From a bacterium (GTDB lineage Bacteria > Bacillota_I > Bacilli_A > RFN20 > CAG-288), in NCBI GenBank assembly GCA_963643715.1, contig CAVILQ010000004.1, positions 10,955 through 74,954 on the forward strand: a stretch of DNA of 64,000 bases, read 5' to 3'. Shown here piece after piece: positions 44,896 through 53,776 of the stretch. Every line of letters starts with the position of its first letter. Within the stretch, counting starts at the first letter, position 1. A model generated the notes under the pieces. It saw only the letters and a list, made by a program, of their open reading frames with translations. It did no database searches and was not told the origin of the DNA. The translations under genes were made by a program, and so were the position numbers.

Positions 44896-47163
44896 ATGTC
44901 AGAGAATGAAAAAGGATTTCTGAAAGCACCGGAATTCTATAATAATAAACGAACAATGGGACAGGATGTGGAATGTCCCGATCCTTTTGTCTTTCGTTTT
45001 GATGGTAAGTATTATCTCTACTTCACAAAAGGCGGAAGAAAACTTTACGCTTATTGTTCTACAGATCTTCTTCATTATGAAGAAGTCGACAATCATATCT
45101 TAGAGAAGGGTGTCATCTACGATTATGACAAGGATGAGAATCATCCGGAGTCTGAGACACCCTTTGCTCCGGAAGTCACCTATTACGATGGTACGTTCTA
45201 TATGGTTTCTAGTCCGAGCGGAAATGGGCACTATATCTTCTCTTCCTCTTCCCCGATAGGACCATTCCGTTGTGTCAGCAAAAATATCGAGAGAAAAATC
45301 GATGGTTCCTTTTTCTTAGATGGGGATGAGAATATTTACCTCTATGCTGCTTTTGATGATGCTTTAAAAGTCTATTCTGTCTCCGATGATTTCAAAGAGA
45401 TAGGAAAGAAAGAGTCCTTCCTTTCTCCTTGCCACTTAGGAAAATGGAATGAAGGGCCCTATATGTTAAGACGCTACGGCAGATATTACCTTACCTACTG
45501 TGGAGCTCATTTCCTTTCGACGGACTATAGAGTTGATTATGCAACGAGCAAAGTAGGATGTGATCTGCTCTCTCCATTATTCTATGCAAGACAAGATACC
45601 ATCCTTGTATCCACAAAAAAGGATTTCTATGGATTAGGTCATTCCTGCACCGTATTGGGACCGGATTTGGATTCCTATTTCCTTGTCTATCATAATCTAA
45701 TGGATGATAAGAGAAGATTCTACAATATCTCACGTCTTTCATTTTATGCGGACCGCCTTGCTGTCAATGGTGCAAGAGCGGATGAGATTCCTTTTGTCGA
45801 AAAGGCAAAAAGTGTTCCGGATTCTGATTACCTTGTCGAAGAGAATGGTGCCTATCTTTTAGATGCGTATTCCAGCGATACTTTTTCTGTGGAATTTAAC
45901 AATGTTGGAGAAGGAAGAATGGTCTTCTCCTATCTTGATTCGAATCATTACGGATATCTCGATTTTTTAGGGGACAAGATCATTTTAGGAAAGAAACTCT
46001 TTGATGAGGAAGTCGTGAAAGTTATTCCGTTAAAGAAGAAATACAGACTTGATGTTGTCCATAGCTTCCTACTTCAGTATCGGGAAGGTTATGTCGCTCT
46101 CTATTTTGACCATATGGAAAAACTTGCTATGTGTCCTGTTACGTATGAGCCAGGAAAGGTCGGCTACCTTATTGACAATCGATTTGAACGCATTCTATCG
46201 ACATCATTATCTAGATTTGCCTTCGGTTCTTCTGAGGAGAAATATTATAAGGACCATATTCTGTTAGCGAATTCGTTTGACAGTAAACTCAGCAAAGGTG
46301 TTTCTATGATGTCACCTTATCTTCATCTCTCTCATGGTAAAAGTGCTACTTATCATATCTATGTTCCTAAGGACGGAGAATATGAAATCTCAGCTGTTTT
46401 AAGAAAAGGATATCTTTTCAAGCAGTTCTCTCTTCAGGTTGGAAAACTTCTCTATCCGATATACTTAGAAGAGGAATCCGGCGCTATGGAAGATCGAGTC
46501 TTATTAGCAACAGTTCATATTAATAAAGGATTGCAGACGTTATCTTTGATTGGAGAAGATGATATAAGCTTTGCTGAAATCGACTTTGAAAATGTGGAAG
46601 ATGAAGAAAGTGTTAATTTTGACTTTACAAAAAGTATCGATAAAACCGATTTCTTCTTTAGAAATAAAATGATTGACGCAGAAAACGGTTATATGACTTC
46701 TGATGATGTCTCTTCAGGTGTCCTTTACGCGAAAGAATACCATAATGATAAAGCGAACATCACATTCATTCCAGAGTCGATGGAAAACAACGGCTCATTC
46801 TCCCTTCTTTATCATGCTAGCGACTTCTGCAATAACTTCATTGAGGATGGAGATGGAAAAGATAATCCCCATTCCTACAGAGGATTTGAACTGGCCTTGA
46901 CGTGTGATTCAATCGTCTTAAGGAAAGTTGATTTCAACTATACCTATGACTTGATGAATTATTCCTATCATTTCGTTCCGAATCAGGAAATCAACCTCTC
47001 CTTAAAGATGGTAGGAAACAATCTTGTTGCCTGTCTTGATGGAAATGAAATCTTCTCTTATGTCATTAGCAAAGGCAATTTCCATGGTATGGCTGGCTTT
47101 CTTGCCTATAAGGCAAAAGGTGTCCTATCTTCATTGAAGATAGAGAAAGCTAATCTGTTTTAA
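44896..47163 (+). CDS. Cytoplasmic GH43 with C-terminal beta-sandwich domains (paralogue of 23348..25825)
   Basis: No signal peptide. DPFVFRFDGKYYLYFTKGG, FAPEVTYYDGTFYMVSSPSGNGHYIF, IDGSFFLDGD, WNEGPYMLRRYGRYYLTYCG and GLGHSCTVLGPDLDSYFLVYHN. Confidence 0.85.
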   Translation: MSENEKGFLKAPEFYNNKRTMGQDVECPDPFVFRFDGKYYLYFTKGGRKLYAYCSTDLLHYEEVDNHILEKGVIYDYDKDENHPESETPFAPEVTYYDGTFYMVSSPSGNGHYIFSSSSPIGPFRCVSKNIERKIDGSFFLDGDENIYLYAAFDDALKVYSVSDDFKEIGKKESFLSPCHLGKWNEGPYMLRRYGRYYLTYCGAHFLSTDYRVDYATSKVGCDLLSPLFYARQDTILVSTKKDFYGLGHSCTVLGPDLDSYFLVYHNLMDDKRRFYNISRLSFYADRLAVNGARADEIPFVEKAKSVPDSDYLVEENGAYLLDAYSSDTFSVEFNNVGEGRMVFSYLDSNHYGYLDFLGDKIILGKKLFDEEVVKVIPLKKKYRLDVVHSFLLQYREGYVALYFDHMEKLAMCPVTYEPGKVGYLIDNRFERILSTSLSRFAFGSSEEKYYKDHILLANSFDSKLSKGVSMMSPYLHLSHGKSATYHIYVPKDGEYEISAVLRKGYLFKQFSLQVGKLLYPIYLEEESGAMEDRVLLATVHINKGLQTLSLIGEDDISFAEIDFENVEDEESVNFDFTKSIDKTDFFFRNKMIDAENGYMTSDDVSSGVLYAKEYHNDKANITFIPESMENNGSFSLLYHASDFCNNFIEDGDGKDNPHSYRGFELALTCDSIVLRKVDFNYTYDLMNYSYHFVPNQEINLSLKMVGNNLVACLDGNEIFSYVISKGNFHGMAGFLAYKAKGVLSSLKIEKANLF

Positions 47164-47274
47164 AACAAATCATTATTTTTATTGATAGCATTTCGCCTTT
47201 TCAAAAAATTACAATATTCTCAACGAAAGATGAAAGAAATCTTTATGCGGTGTAGAAAATAGGAGGAAACATCC

Positions 47275-49107
47275 ATGAATACGAAAATCAAGCCGATTCT
47301 TTTTTCCCTACTCTCCCTTACGTTGATTGCCTGTGGCAAGACATCAGATACTGAGAAGCCTGTTGATTCCGGTACTGCCAAACCGACGGACGCTACTACG
47401 GAATCCGCAAAACCAGCACCAGTAGAAGACGATAAAATTCACATCATCGTTTTGACAGGACAGAGCGGCGCCCGTGGCAAAGCTCATGTCGCTGACCTCT
47501 CTGAGGAGGATAAAGAAGAAAATTATGATGTCGACATCCTTGCAGATGGTCTTACGATGCCTCAGTTAAGCAAGATACCGGAAACGGTAACCACGTCCGA
47601 CTTGATTCCTGTTAAGACTGGTCTTGGCGATTCCGCTAGTGAATTCGGTCCGGAAATCGGCATGGGCAAAGTCATGGCTACCCGTTATCCGAAAGATGGA
47701 GCTACGAGGAAATCCGTCATTGTCAAATATACGGCATGCGGTTCCACCTTTACAGACCACTGGTATTCAAAATCCCTTGTTGACGATGATGAATTATCTT
47801 CCAAACTGAATCTATCCCAGATCAGAGAGGATAAGAACGGAAATGCGACGGGACCATTGACTAGCAACCTTTATCAGTTGGTTGATAATTCCATCTCTGC
47901 AATCAAAGCAGAAGGATATGAACCTGTAATCGATGGTGTTGTTTTCTGCCATGGTGAACAGGATGCCAAGTTCGAGGACAACATGACAATTTATGAAACC
48001 GCCCTAAAGGATTTCATGAAAGACTTCCGTGATTATTTTGAAGTTGAGAATCTTCCTTTTGTCATCTCCGAAGCCGGCACCAATGCGGCTCGTTATTCCA
48101 ATAAGCTCAGAGAGATTCAGAAGAGTGTTTCCTCTAGCGATAGTCATTGCTCTTTCATCTCCACTTCTGATTTATATACCAATTCCTTTGAACCATGGCA
48201 CTTCTCTGCGGAGAGCAATATCATCTTAGGCCAAAGAATGGCAGAAGAAATCATTGCCTTAAACGACAATAGAAAAGTTACTTCCTTCAACCTTGATGAT
48301 ACTTATTATCTTCCTTTGAATGGAAATGGAAGTCTTCCTGAATATCTAAGCGCTAATTTCTCCAATGGTACAACTGGTATGATCAAGGTCACTTATCCGG
48401 ATGGTATTGATGCCAATTCATTAGGAGAGAAGAAGGTCAAAGTTCTCGCTGAGACCAATTGGGGTAAATTCTCTGCTGAGATGAATGTCGTAATCAACAA
48501 TGATCCCTATATCGATGGGAAAACAGCAGATTGGTCCGGAAAGCTGAACAAGATCAATGACAAGGCATCTGTTGGTTTCTATTCTTCAGAGAACGGACTT
48601 TATGTCAGAGCTGAAATCAAAGATACAGAACTCTATACCGATGGTGAATCCTGGGAAAATGGAGATATGGGCCAGATGGGAAACAATGATGATTTGAGAA
48701 TCTATTTTACAACAAGCGATGCCTCTTCTCATTATTCTGCATTCCTAAGTTCTGATAATCTTTTAAGACTTTATGATAGCGGAACGACTAATTACATTCC
48801 TTCCAATAACCTCTATTACAAGAAGGTCATAACCGGCTGTAAGAGCAAAGTCATCACGACCGGTGAAGTCAATGTTCCAAAAGGTGGAAAAGATTGCACT
48901 GGCATGACAATGGAACTCTATCTTCCTTATGAGGAACTCGGAATCGATGATCCATCCTCTTTGAAGATTTTAGCAAGCTATTCGGATATCTCTAAGGCGG
49001 ATGATACGAGTAAAAAGACGGAAGAAGTGATCTATTTCAACAACCTGACTGGAACAGGCTTAGAGACAAAAGACTCTTCTTATGTTTCTTATTCTGAACT
49101 GATCTGA
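47275..49107 (+). CDS. Lipoprotein carbohydrate esterase (SASA/sialate-O-acetylesterase-like fold) with C-terminal CBM9-like domain
   Basis: Lipobox LIAC. IIVLTGQSGARGKA (GQSN-type nucleophile block), FCHGEQDA (QGESD-type block) and EPWHFSAESNIILGQRMAEE (D..HF block). The C-terminal YIDGKTADWSG...WENGD is CBM9-like. Confidence 0.7.
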   Translation: MNTKIKPILFSLLSLTLIACGKTSDTEKPVDSGTAKPTDATTESAKPAPVEDDKIHIIVLTGQSGARGKAHVADLSEEDKEENYDVDILADGLTMPQLSKIPETVTTSDLIPVKTGLGDSASEFGPEIGMGKVMATRYPKDGATRKSVIVKYTACGSTFTDHWYSKSLVDDDELSSKLNLSQIREDKNGNATGPLTSNLYQLVDNSISAIKAEGYEPVIDGVVFCHGEQDAKFEDNMTIYETALKDFMKDFRDYFEVENLPFVISEAGTNAARYSNKLREIQKSVSSSDSHCSFISTSDLYTNSFEPWHFSAESNIILGQRMAEEIIALNDNRKVTSFNLDDTYYLPLNGNGSLPEYLSANFSNGTTGMIKVTYPDGIDANSLGEKKVKVLAETNWGKFSAEMNVVINNDPYIDGKTADWSGKLNKINDKASVGFYSSENGLYVRAEIKDTELYTDGESWENGDMGQMGNNDDLRIYFTTSDASSHYSAFLSSDNLLRLYDSGTTNYIPSNNLYYKKVITGCKSKVITTGEVNVPKGGKDCTGMTMELYLPYEELGIDDPSSLKILASYSDISKADDTSKKTEEVIYFNNLTGTGLETKDSSYVSYSELI

Positions 49108-49120
49108 TGAGGATTTTATC

Positions 49121-50311
49121 ATGTCAATCAAAAGCGTAATCGGGGCTGATCCTTACGTCATGAAGGACCCGGTTTCTGGACACTATTACTGCTATTGTAC
49201 CGGAAACAGTGATGATAAGCCCTTTATCATCTATCAAAGCGATGACCTACTTCAGTGGAAGGAAGTCGGATATGGATTAGACCGCAGCAAGAACGATTGG
49301 GGAAAGGGATGGTTCTGGGCACCGGAAGTTTACTACAACAAGAATAACAATCACTACTATATGTTCTACTCTTCCTTGGTGAAGGATGAACTGGTAAAAC
49401 CATATTTTGGGACGGACAATTTTGCTGAATGCTGTAAAATCGGTGTGGCAGTCTCCGTCTATCCAAACGGACCTTTTGTCAATATTGAAGATCATCCGAT
49501 GGATTATTTTCCTTATGATAGCGGATATCGTAACATCGATGCTGTAGCAAAAGATCCTTTTTCTAAGGAGTCGAGTGAGATTGATGTCACCACTCTTCCG
49601 AAAGGTGTTTATATACCTACTATCGATGCAGATTTCTTCATCGATGATGATGGAAGAATGTATCTCTATTATTCTCGATGCTGTTATGGTAACTGCCTAT
49701 TCGACCCAAAACTTCATAAGTATGTTGAAGAGAGTAATATTCTTGGAGTTGAGCTTGATCCTGTTTTTTGGTATGACAAAGAGGCTAAGACACAGCCAAA
49801 GCCAACAAAAGAATATATCCACGTCGATGAGAATGGACAAAGAAAAGACAAATATGTTCAGATCATTTCCTATCATCAGGAACCCCAGCAATGGGAAAAC
49901 GGTCATGTCAATGACTATGAGAATTCCAATCATGTCAAACATAACAGAAGATGGTCAGAAGGTAGCATGACAATCCGTTATGATATCGATGGAAAGAATA
50001 AATATCTCCTCTTCTATTCCAGCAACAATTTTGAAAATGCTTATTATGGAGTCGGTGTATCCTTTGCGGATAAGCCATTAGACTGCTATAAGAAGTATGC
50101 ATTCAATCCTATCATCCACCAGGTCCCAGAGTATCCACTCTATTCAACTGGACATGGCTGTGTGATTGAAAAAGATGGGGAGAATTATTACTTCTTCCAT
50201 GGCCGTGAGAATTGTGCTGAGACAAGAACATGCTATTTTGCTAAACTACATATCGACGCACTTGATAAGATATATGTTTCGGATATCAAGCATTGTCAGC
50301 TTATAGACTAA
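49121..50311 (+). CDS. Cytoplasmic GH43
   Basis: No signal peptide. GADPYVMKDPVSGHYYCYCTG, WFWAPEVYYNKNNNHYYMFYS, IDADFFIDDDGRMYLYYS, WSEGSMTIRYDIDGKNKYLLFYS and YSTGHGCV. Confidence 0.85.
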   Translation: MSIKSVIGADPYVMKDPVSGHYYCYCTGNSDDKPFIIYQSDDLLQWKEVGYGLDRSKNDWGKGWFWAPEVYYNKNNNHYYMFYSSLVKDELVKPYFGTDNFAECCKIGVAVSVYPNGPFVNIEDHPMDYFPYDSGYRNIDAVAKDPFSKESSEIDVTTLPKGVYIPTIDADFFIDDDGRMYLYYSRCCYGNCLFDPKLHKYVEESNILGVELDPVFWYDKEAKTQPKPTKEYIHVDENGQRKDKYVQIISYHQEPQQWENGHVNDYENSNHVKHNRRWSEGSMTIRYDIDGKNKYLLFYSSNNFENAYYGVGVSFADKPLDCYKKYAFNPIIHQVPEYPLYSTGHGCVIEKDGENYYFFHGRENCAETRTCYFAKLHIDALDKIYVSDIKHCQLID

Positions 50312-50324
50312 AAAGGGGAAAATC

Positions 50325-51905
50325 ATGAATAGAAAGATTGTATTGGGGTTATTGACGCTTATGTTATTGACAGGATGTAATGAAGTGACTAAGCCGAGTG
50401 AGAACTCTTCCCGACCGGATACAACGACAACAGAATCTAGTGCATCATCATCGTCCTCATCTTCCTCCTCTTCTGCTACAGATTATGGAAAACTATCATT
50501 CGGTATGCATCAGGTCCGTGTTGGATATTCAAGAAAAATCACACCTCGTTTTACAAATGAGGAAGTAGGAAAGACGGAAGTCCTTCATTATGAATCCAGC
50601 GATGAGGCGGGACTTCGAATCGATGAAGACGGAACGATGCATGGACTAGCAGTTGGAAATTATAAAGTCACCGTCACAAGTGAACATTTTAAAACCACAT
50701 CTTTCTATGCCCATGTCATCAGTGATGAGAGATTCTCTAGCAAAGTAACATCCAGATTCAATAGTTATGTGAATAGCGACTATCCAGAAGAGGGCAGAAC
50801 CTTATTTGCTGGTGACTCTTTCTTTGATACGGAGTTCTGGTCTAACTTCTATTCTAGCTATTACGGAAACTACAACACCTATACGATGGGAATCTCTGCT
50901 ACTCAGGCAGATGACTGGTACTACTATGTAAGCAAGCTTCTCATTCCATTTGAACCGGATAACATCGTCTTCCATTTAGGTACAAACGATATCAATGATG
51001 CTGGAATGTCTGGTGAGAACACTCATACCCTTCTTGTCGATATCTTTGAGAAGATTCATGAGGAACTTCCGGAAACAAAAATCTATATCTTTGGCATTGA
51101 GCCATCTATTTCCTTCTCACAGAATCTAAATAAAGAACTTGTCTGCAATGAACTGACAAAGGATTATGCTGAAAAGAGTGATTATGTAACCTATCTGGAT
51201 TCACCTTCTCTTTTCATGAATGCTGATAACACTGGTGCAGATTCCTCTATGCTTCGTGATGGACTTCATCCGAAATTAGAGAATTATGCTCTCTATGATA
51301 ACCTTCTAAAAGAAGCCGGATTAGAGATGACTCTCCTTCCTGGAAAAGAAGATACGACCGAAACAAAGAAGTTTATCGCTTTGAACACGGCAAATGACAA
51401 CTATGTCACCCGTGGAGATGAGGATTCCTCTCTTACCGTCGATGCGATAAAGAGTGGTCAGAACGCTGTTCCAAATCGTCTCTTCTACACAACCGATCAT
51501 AAAAATATGTACAAAGGGGATCTGATGGTGAAAGGAAAAGTACAGTATCCTACTGCTTCGGGTAACCATTTCATCGAACTGTACTTTGGTCCTTCGACGG
51601 ACCTTTGGGAAACGACGAATTCGATGCAGTTCCTCTTATGGAATGAACAGGCTCTAGTTTTCAACGTCCAAAAAGGTGTCAAGAGCGTCAAAGCGGACAC
51701 GGACTATGAATTCACTGCCATCTTATCGAATAAGAAAGCATATGTCAAATTCCAGGATGAATGGTATTCTAGGGATTTAGGTGAAACGAGTGGATTCTCA
51801 TTATCTGCTGAAAATATTATTGCCAAGTTCACAGACCTCACCGTCACAACCGATTCCGAAATTATAACTTCCTCTCTTCCATCCACGGTCAATTACACGT
51901 TCTGA
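50325..51905 (+). CDS. Lipoprotein: Big_2-like domain, SGNH/GDSL esterase and C-terminal beta-sandwich
   Basis: Lipobox LTGC, then a poly-Ser linker. SGNH blocks FAGDSFFD (I), HLGTNDI (III) and DGLHP (V). The C-terminal ~170 aa end in GFSLSAENIIAKFTDLTV. Confidence 0.8.
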   Translation: MNRKIVLGLLTLMLLTGCNEVTKPSENSSRPDTTTTESSASSSSSSSSSSATDYGKLSFGMHQVRVGYSRKITPRFTNEEVGKTEVLHYESSDEAGLRIDEDGTMHGLAVGNYKVTVTSEHFKTTSFYAHVISDERFSSKVTSRFNSYVNSDYPEEGRTLFAGDSFFDTEFWSNFYSSYYGNYNTYTMGISATQADDWYYYVSKLLIPFEPDNIVFHLGTNDINDAGMSGENTHTLLVDIFEKIHEELPETKIYIFGIEPSISFSQNLNKELVCNELTKDYAEKSDYVTYLDSPSLFMNADNTGADSSMLRDGLHPKLENYALYDNLLKEAGLEMTLLPGKEDTTETKKFIALNTANDNYVTRGDEDSSLTVDAIKSGQNAVPNRLFYTTDHKNMYKGDLMVKGKVQYPTASGNHFIELYFGPSTDLWETTNSMQFLLWNEQALVFNVQKGVKSVKADTDYEFTAILSNKKAYVKFQDEWYSRDLGETSGFSLSAENIIAKFTDLTVTTDSEIITSSLPSTVNYTF

Positions 51906-51914
51906 ACGAATGAT

Positions 51915-51941
51915 AAAAGCCACCTCGACGGGGTGGCTTTT
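51915..51941. terminator. Bidirectional terminator between convergent operons
   Basis: AAAAGCCACC-tcgacgg-GGTGGCTTTT. Confidence 0.85.
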
Positions 51942-51947
51942 AATCTG

Positions 51948-53762
51948 TTAGTTTTCGTAGCTTACGGGGGTCGTATAGGTTAAGGCGATTGCGCCAGAGG
52001 AGTAATCCAAACTGATCTCATATTTGTTGTTGATTGTCTGAGAACAGCTTTTTTCATCAACATCTTTCAATTGATAGCCAGCAGAATTGATGCTTGCTTT
52101 GATCTTTTTATAGGCAGTTGCAATATCATCGGTTCCTTCATCGAAGAAGAAATATAGACAGGCAGGTATGATGGAAGCCGGGATAAAGGCCGCGGAACTA
52201 TAATAGTATGCAGCATCATCGACTAACGGGAAAGGAAGAAGACTAAGAGCACTAGAATCATAGAGCTTGGATTGGAGCAAGCTTTTTGCATCACTATAGG
52301 AAGAGACAGTAAGAGTGCTGATATCATAGACTGCGACACTGACCTGATCAAATGCGGTGGGAGAGACGTATTCCTTATAGGATGAGAAATCAGCAATATC
52401 GCTTGGAACGCTTGTGCAGTTTCCATGATTTGTAATGTCTTCAATAAAGGAATACGTATTTCCAAGATTATCGGAGAAAGCGAAGGAGAAGGAAATCAGA
52501 TGACCGTCTTCCACTTCCAAAGTGAGAGAGTTTGCATATTCGGCGTATTCATCGTAAGTCATATCCTCTGTGATATCGCTGATGGTATTGTATAGCTTGA
52601 AATCAGGATAGAGGTTGAATACGCTGATGTCAGAGGTGGATTTCGTGTTGTCGTATTCAAAGATTTCGTGGCTGAAATCAAAGTTCATTAACCCTTGATG
52701 AGGTGCGGTCTGATAACCTGATCCCTTCAATTCACTGACTGAACTTCCAATGTAGCGCTCATATTTTCCGTCATTTCTCTTATGGATTCCGTAATAGCTG
52801 AAGGAAGAACGAGAAGAAGAGACAAGTTCATCATATCCGGAATAGCCTTCGTCAAAGAGGAATCCTTTCGAGCGTTGGAAGAGGGTGTTTCCTCTTCTGA
52901 CTTCGACATTGAACTCATAGTTGTAATTCTTCATCTCCAAGAGTGCATTTTTCAAAGAATCATACTGGGTCTTATATTTCTCTTCATGACTATATGGTGT
53001 TGGACAGACTTCCTCTTGTGTCAGGGTTGTCGTGCCGACATCCATAAGATCAACTGAGAGTTCAGTATAGGCTCTTACACTATTCTCCAATTTGGAATAC
53101 TTCATGGCAAAGCCAGAGATTCCGTTCTTGTCGACATAGAGATCCATTTTGACAAGCTGGTCCGAACCGAATTTGGAATCGGTACCGGTGTGGATATAGG
53201 TTGTAGCGGAATTGTAGATTCGGTCAACTACTGCTTTGCTGCTTGTGCTATTGATAGCAAGAGAAGAAAGGGTGTAGGTTGCTGTTCCGAATTCATCTTT
53301 GCTGACATAGTCAAAGAGGTCTTTGGAAAGATAAGAGAGAGAATTGACGTAGACGCTTTGATTCCACTTCAATGAGGAAACTACTTCGTTGACTTTGTTG
53401 TTCTTATTCGGATGTGAAGTGTAGGCTACTTTTCCATTGTTGGAATAGTAGGTCACTTCAGAAAGGATATTTCTATTATCGAAATCATCGATGATGGAAC
53501 CTAAATAGCAGTCCTTTGCAAACTTTGTCATCAAGTCGTATTCGAAGCTCGTGGATGAATTGCTGCAATTGATGTGCTCTAAATAGGTGACGTTCTCGTT
53601 ACCAGCCTTTTCAAACATATCGTTGGTGAGTTTGACTGGCGTGTTGTCCGTTGGATTGACTGAACTTTCGCTCGTCTTGTTTTCGGTAACATGGTTAGTA
53701 GAACCACAGCTAGCAAGAATAATGGGAAGAAGCAAACCTGTTAATGTTTTTGTTTTTGTCAT
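51948..53762 (-). CDS. 604-aa lipoprotein of unknown function, last gene of the ABC exporter operon
   Basis: Start MTKTKTLTGLLLPIILASCG (lipobox LASC) at 53762, with AAGGAG 7 nt upstream. The RBS and an alternative start overlap the end of the upstream ABC gene. No motif was recognised. Confidence 0.7.
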   Translation of the reverse strand: MTKTKTLTGLLLPIILASCGSTNHVTENKTSESSVNPTDNTPVKLTNDMFEKAGNENVTYLEHINCSNSSTSFEYDLMTKFAKDCYLGSIIDDFDNRNILSEVTYYSNNGKVAYTSHPNKNNKVNEVVSSLKWNQSVYVNSLSYLSKDLFDYVSKDEFGTATYTLSSLAINSTSSKAVVDRIYNSATTYIHTGTDSKFGSDQLVKMDLYVDKNGISGFAMKYSKLENSVRAYTELSVDLMDVGTTTLTQEEVCPTPYSHEEKYKTQYDSLKNALLEMKNYNYEFNVEVRRGNTLFQRSKGFLFDEGYSGYDELVSSSRSSFSYYGIHKRNDGKYERYIGSSVSELKGSGYQTAPHQGLMNFDFSHEIFEYDNTKSTSDISVFNLYPDFKLYNTISDITEDMTYDEYAEYANSLTLEVEDGHLISFSFAFSDNLGNTYSFIEDITNHGNCTSVPSDIADFSSYKEYVSPTAFDQVSVAVYDISTLTVSSYSDAKSLLQSKLYDSSALSLLPFPLVDDAAYYYSSAAFIPASIIPACLYFFFDEGTDDIATAYKKIKASINSAGYQLKDVDEKSCSQTINNKYEISLDYSSGAIALTYTTPVSYEN

Positions 53763-53776
53763 ATAGAGACTCCTTG

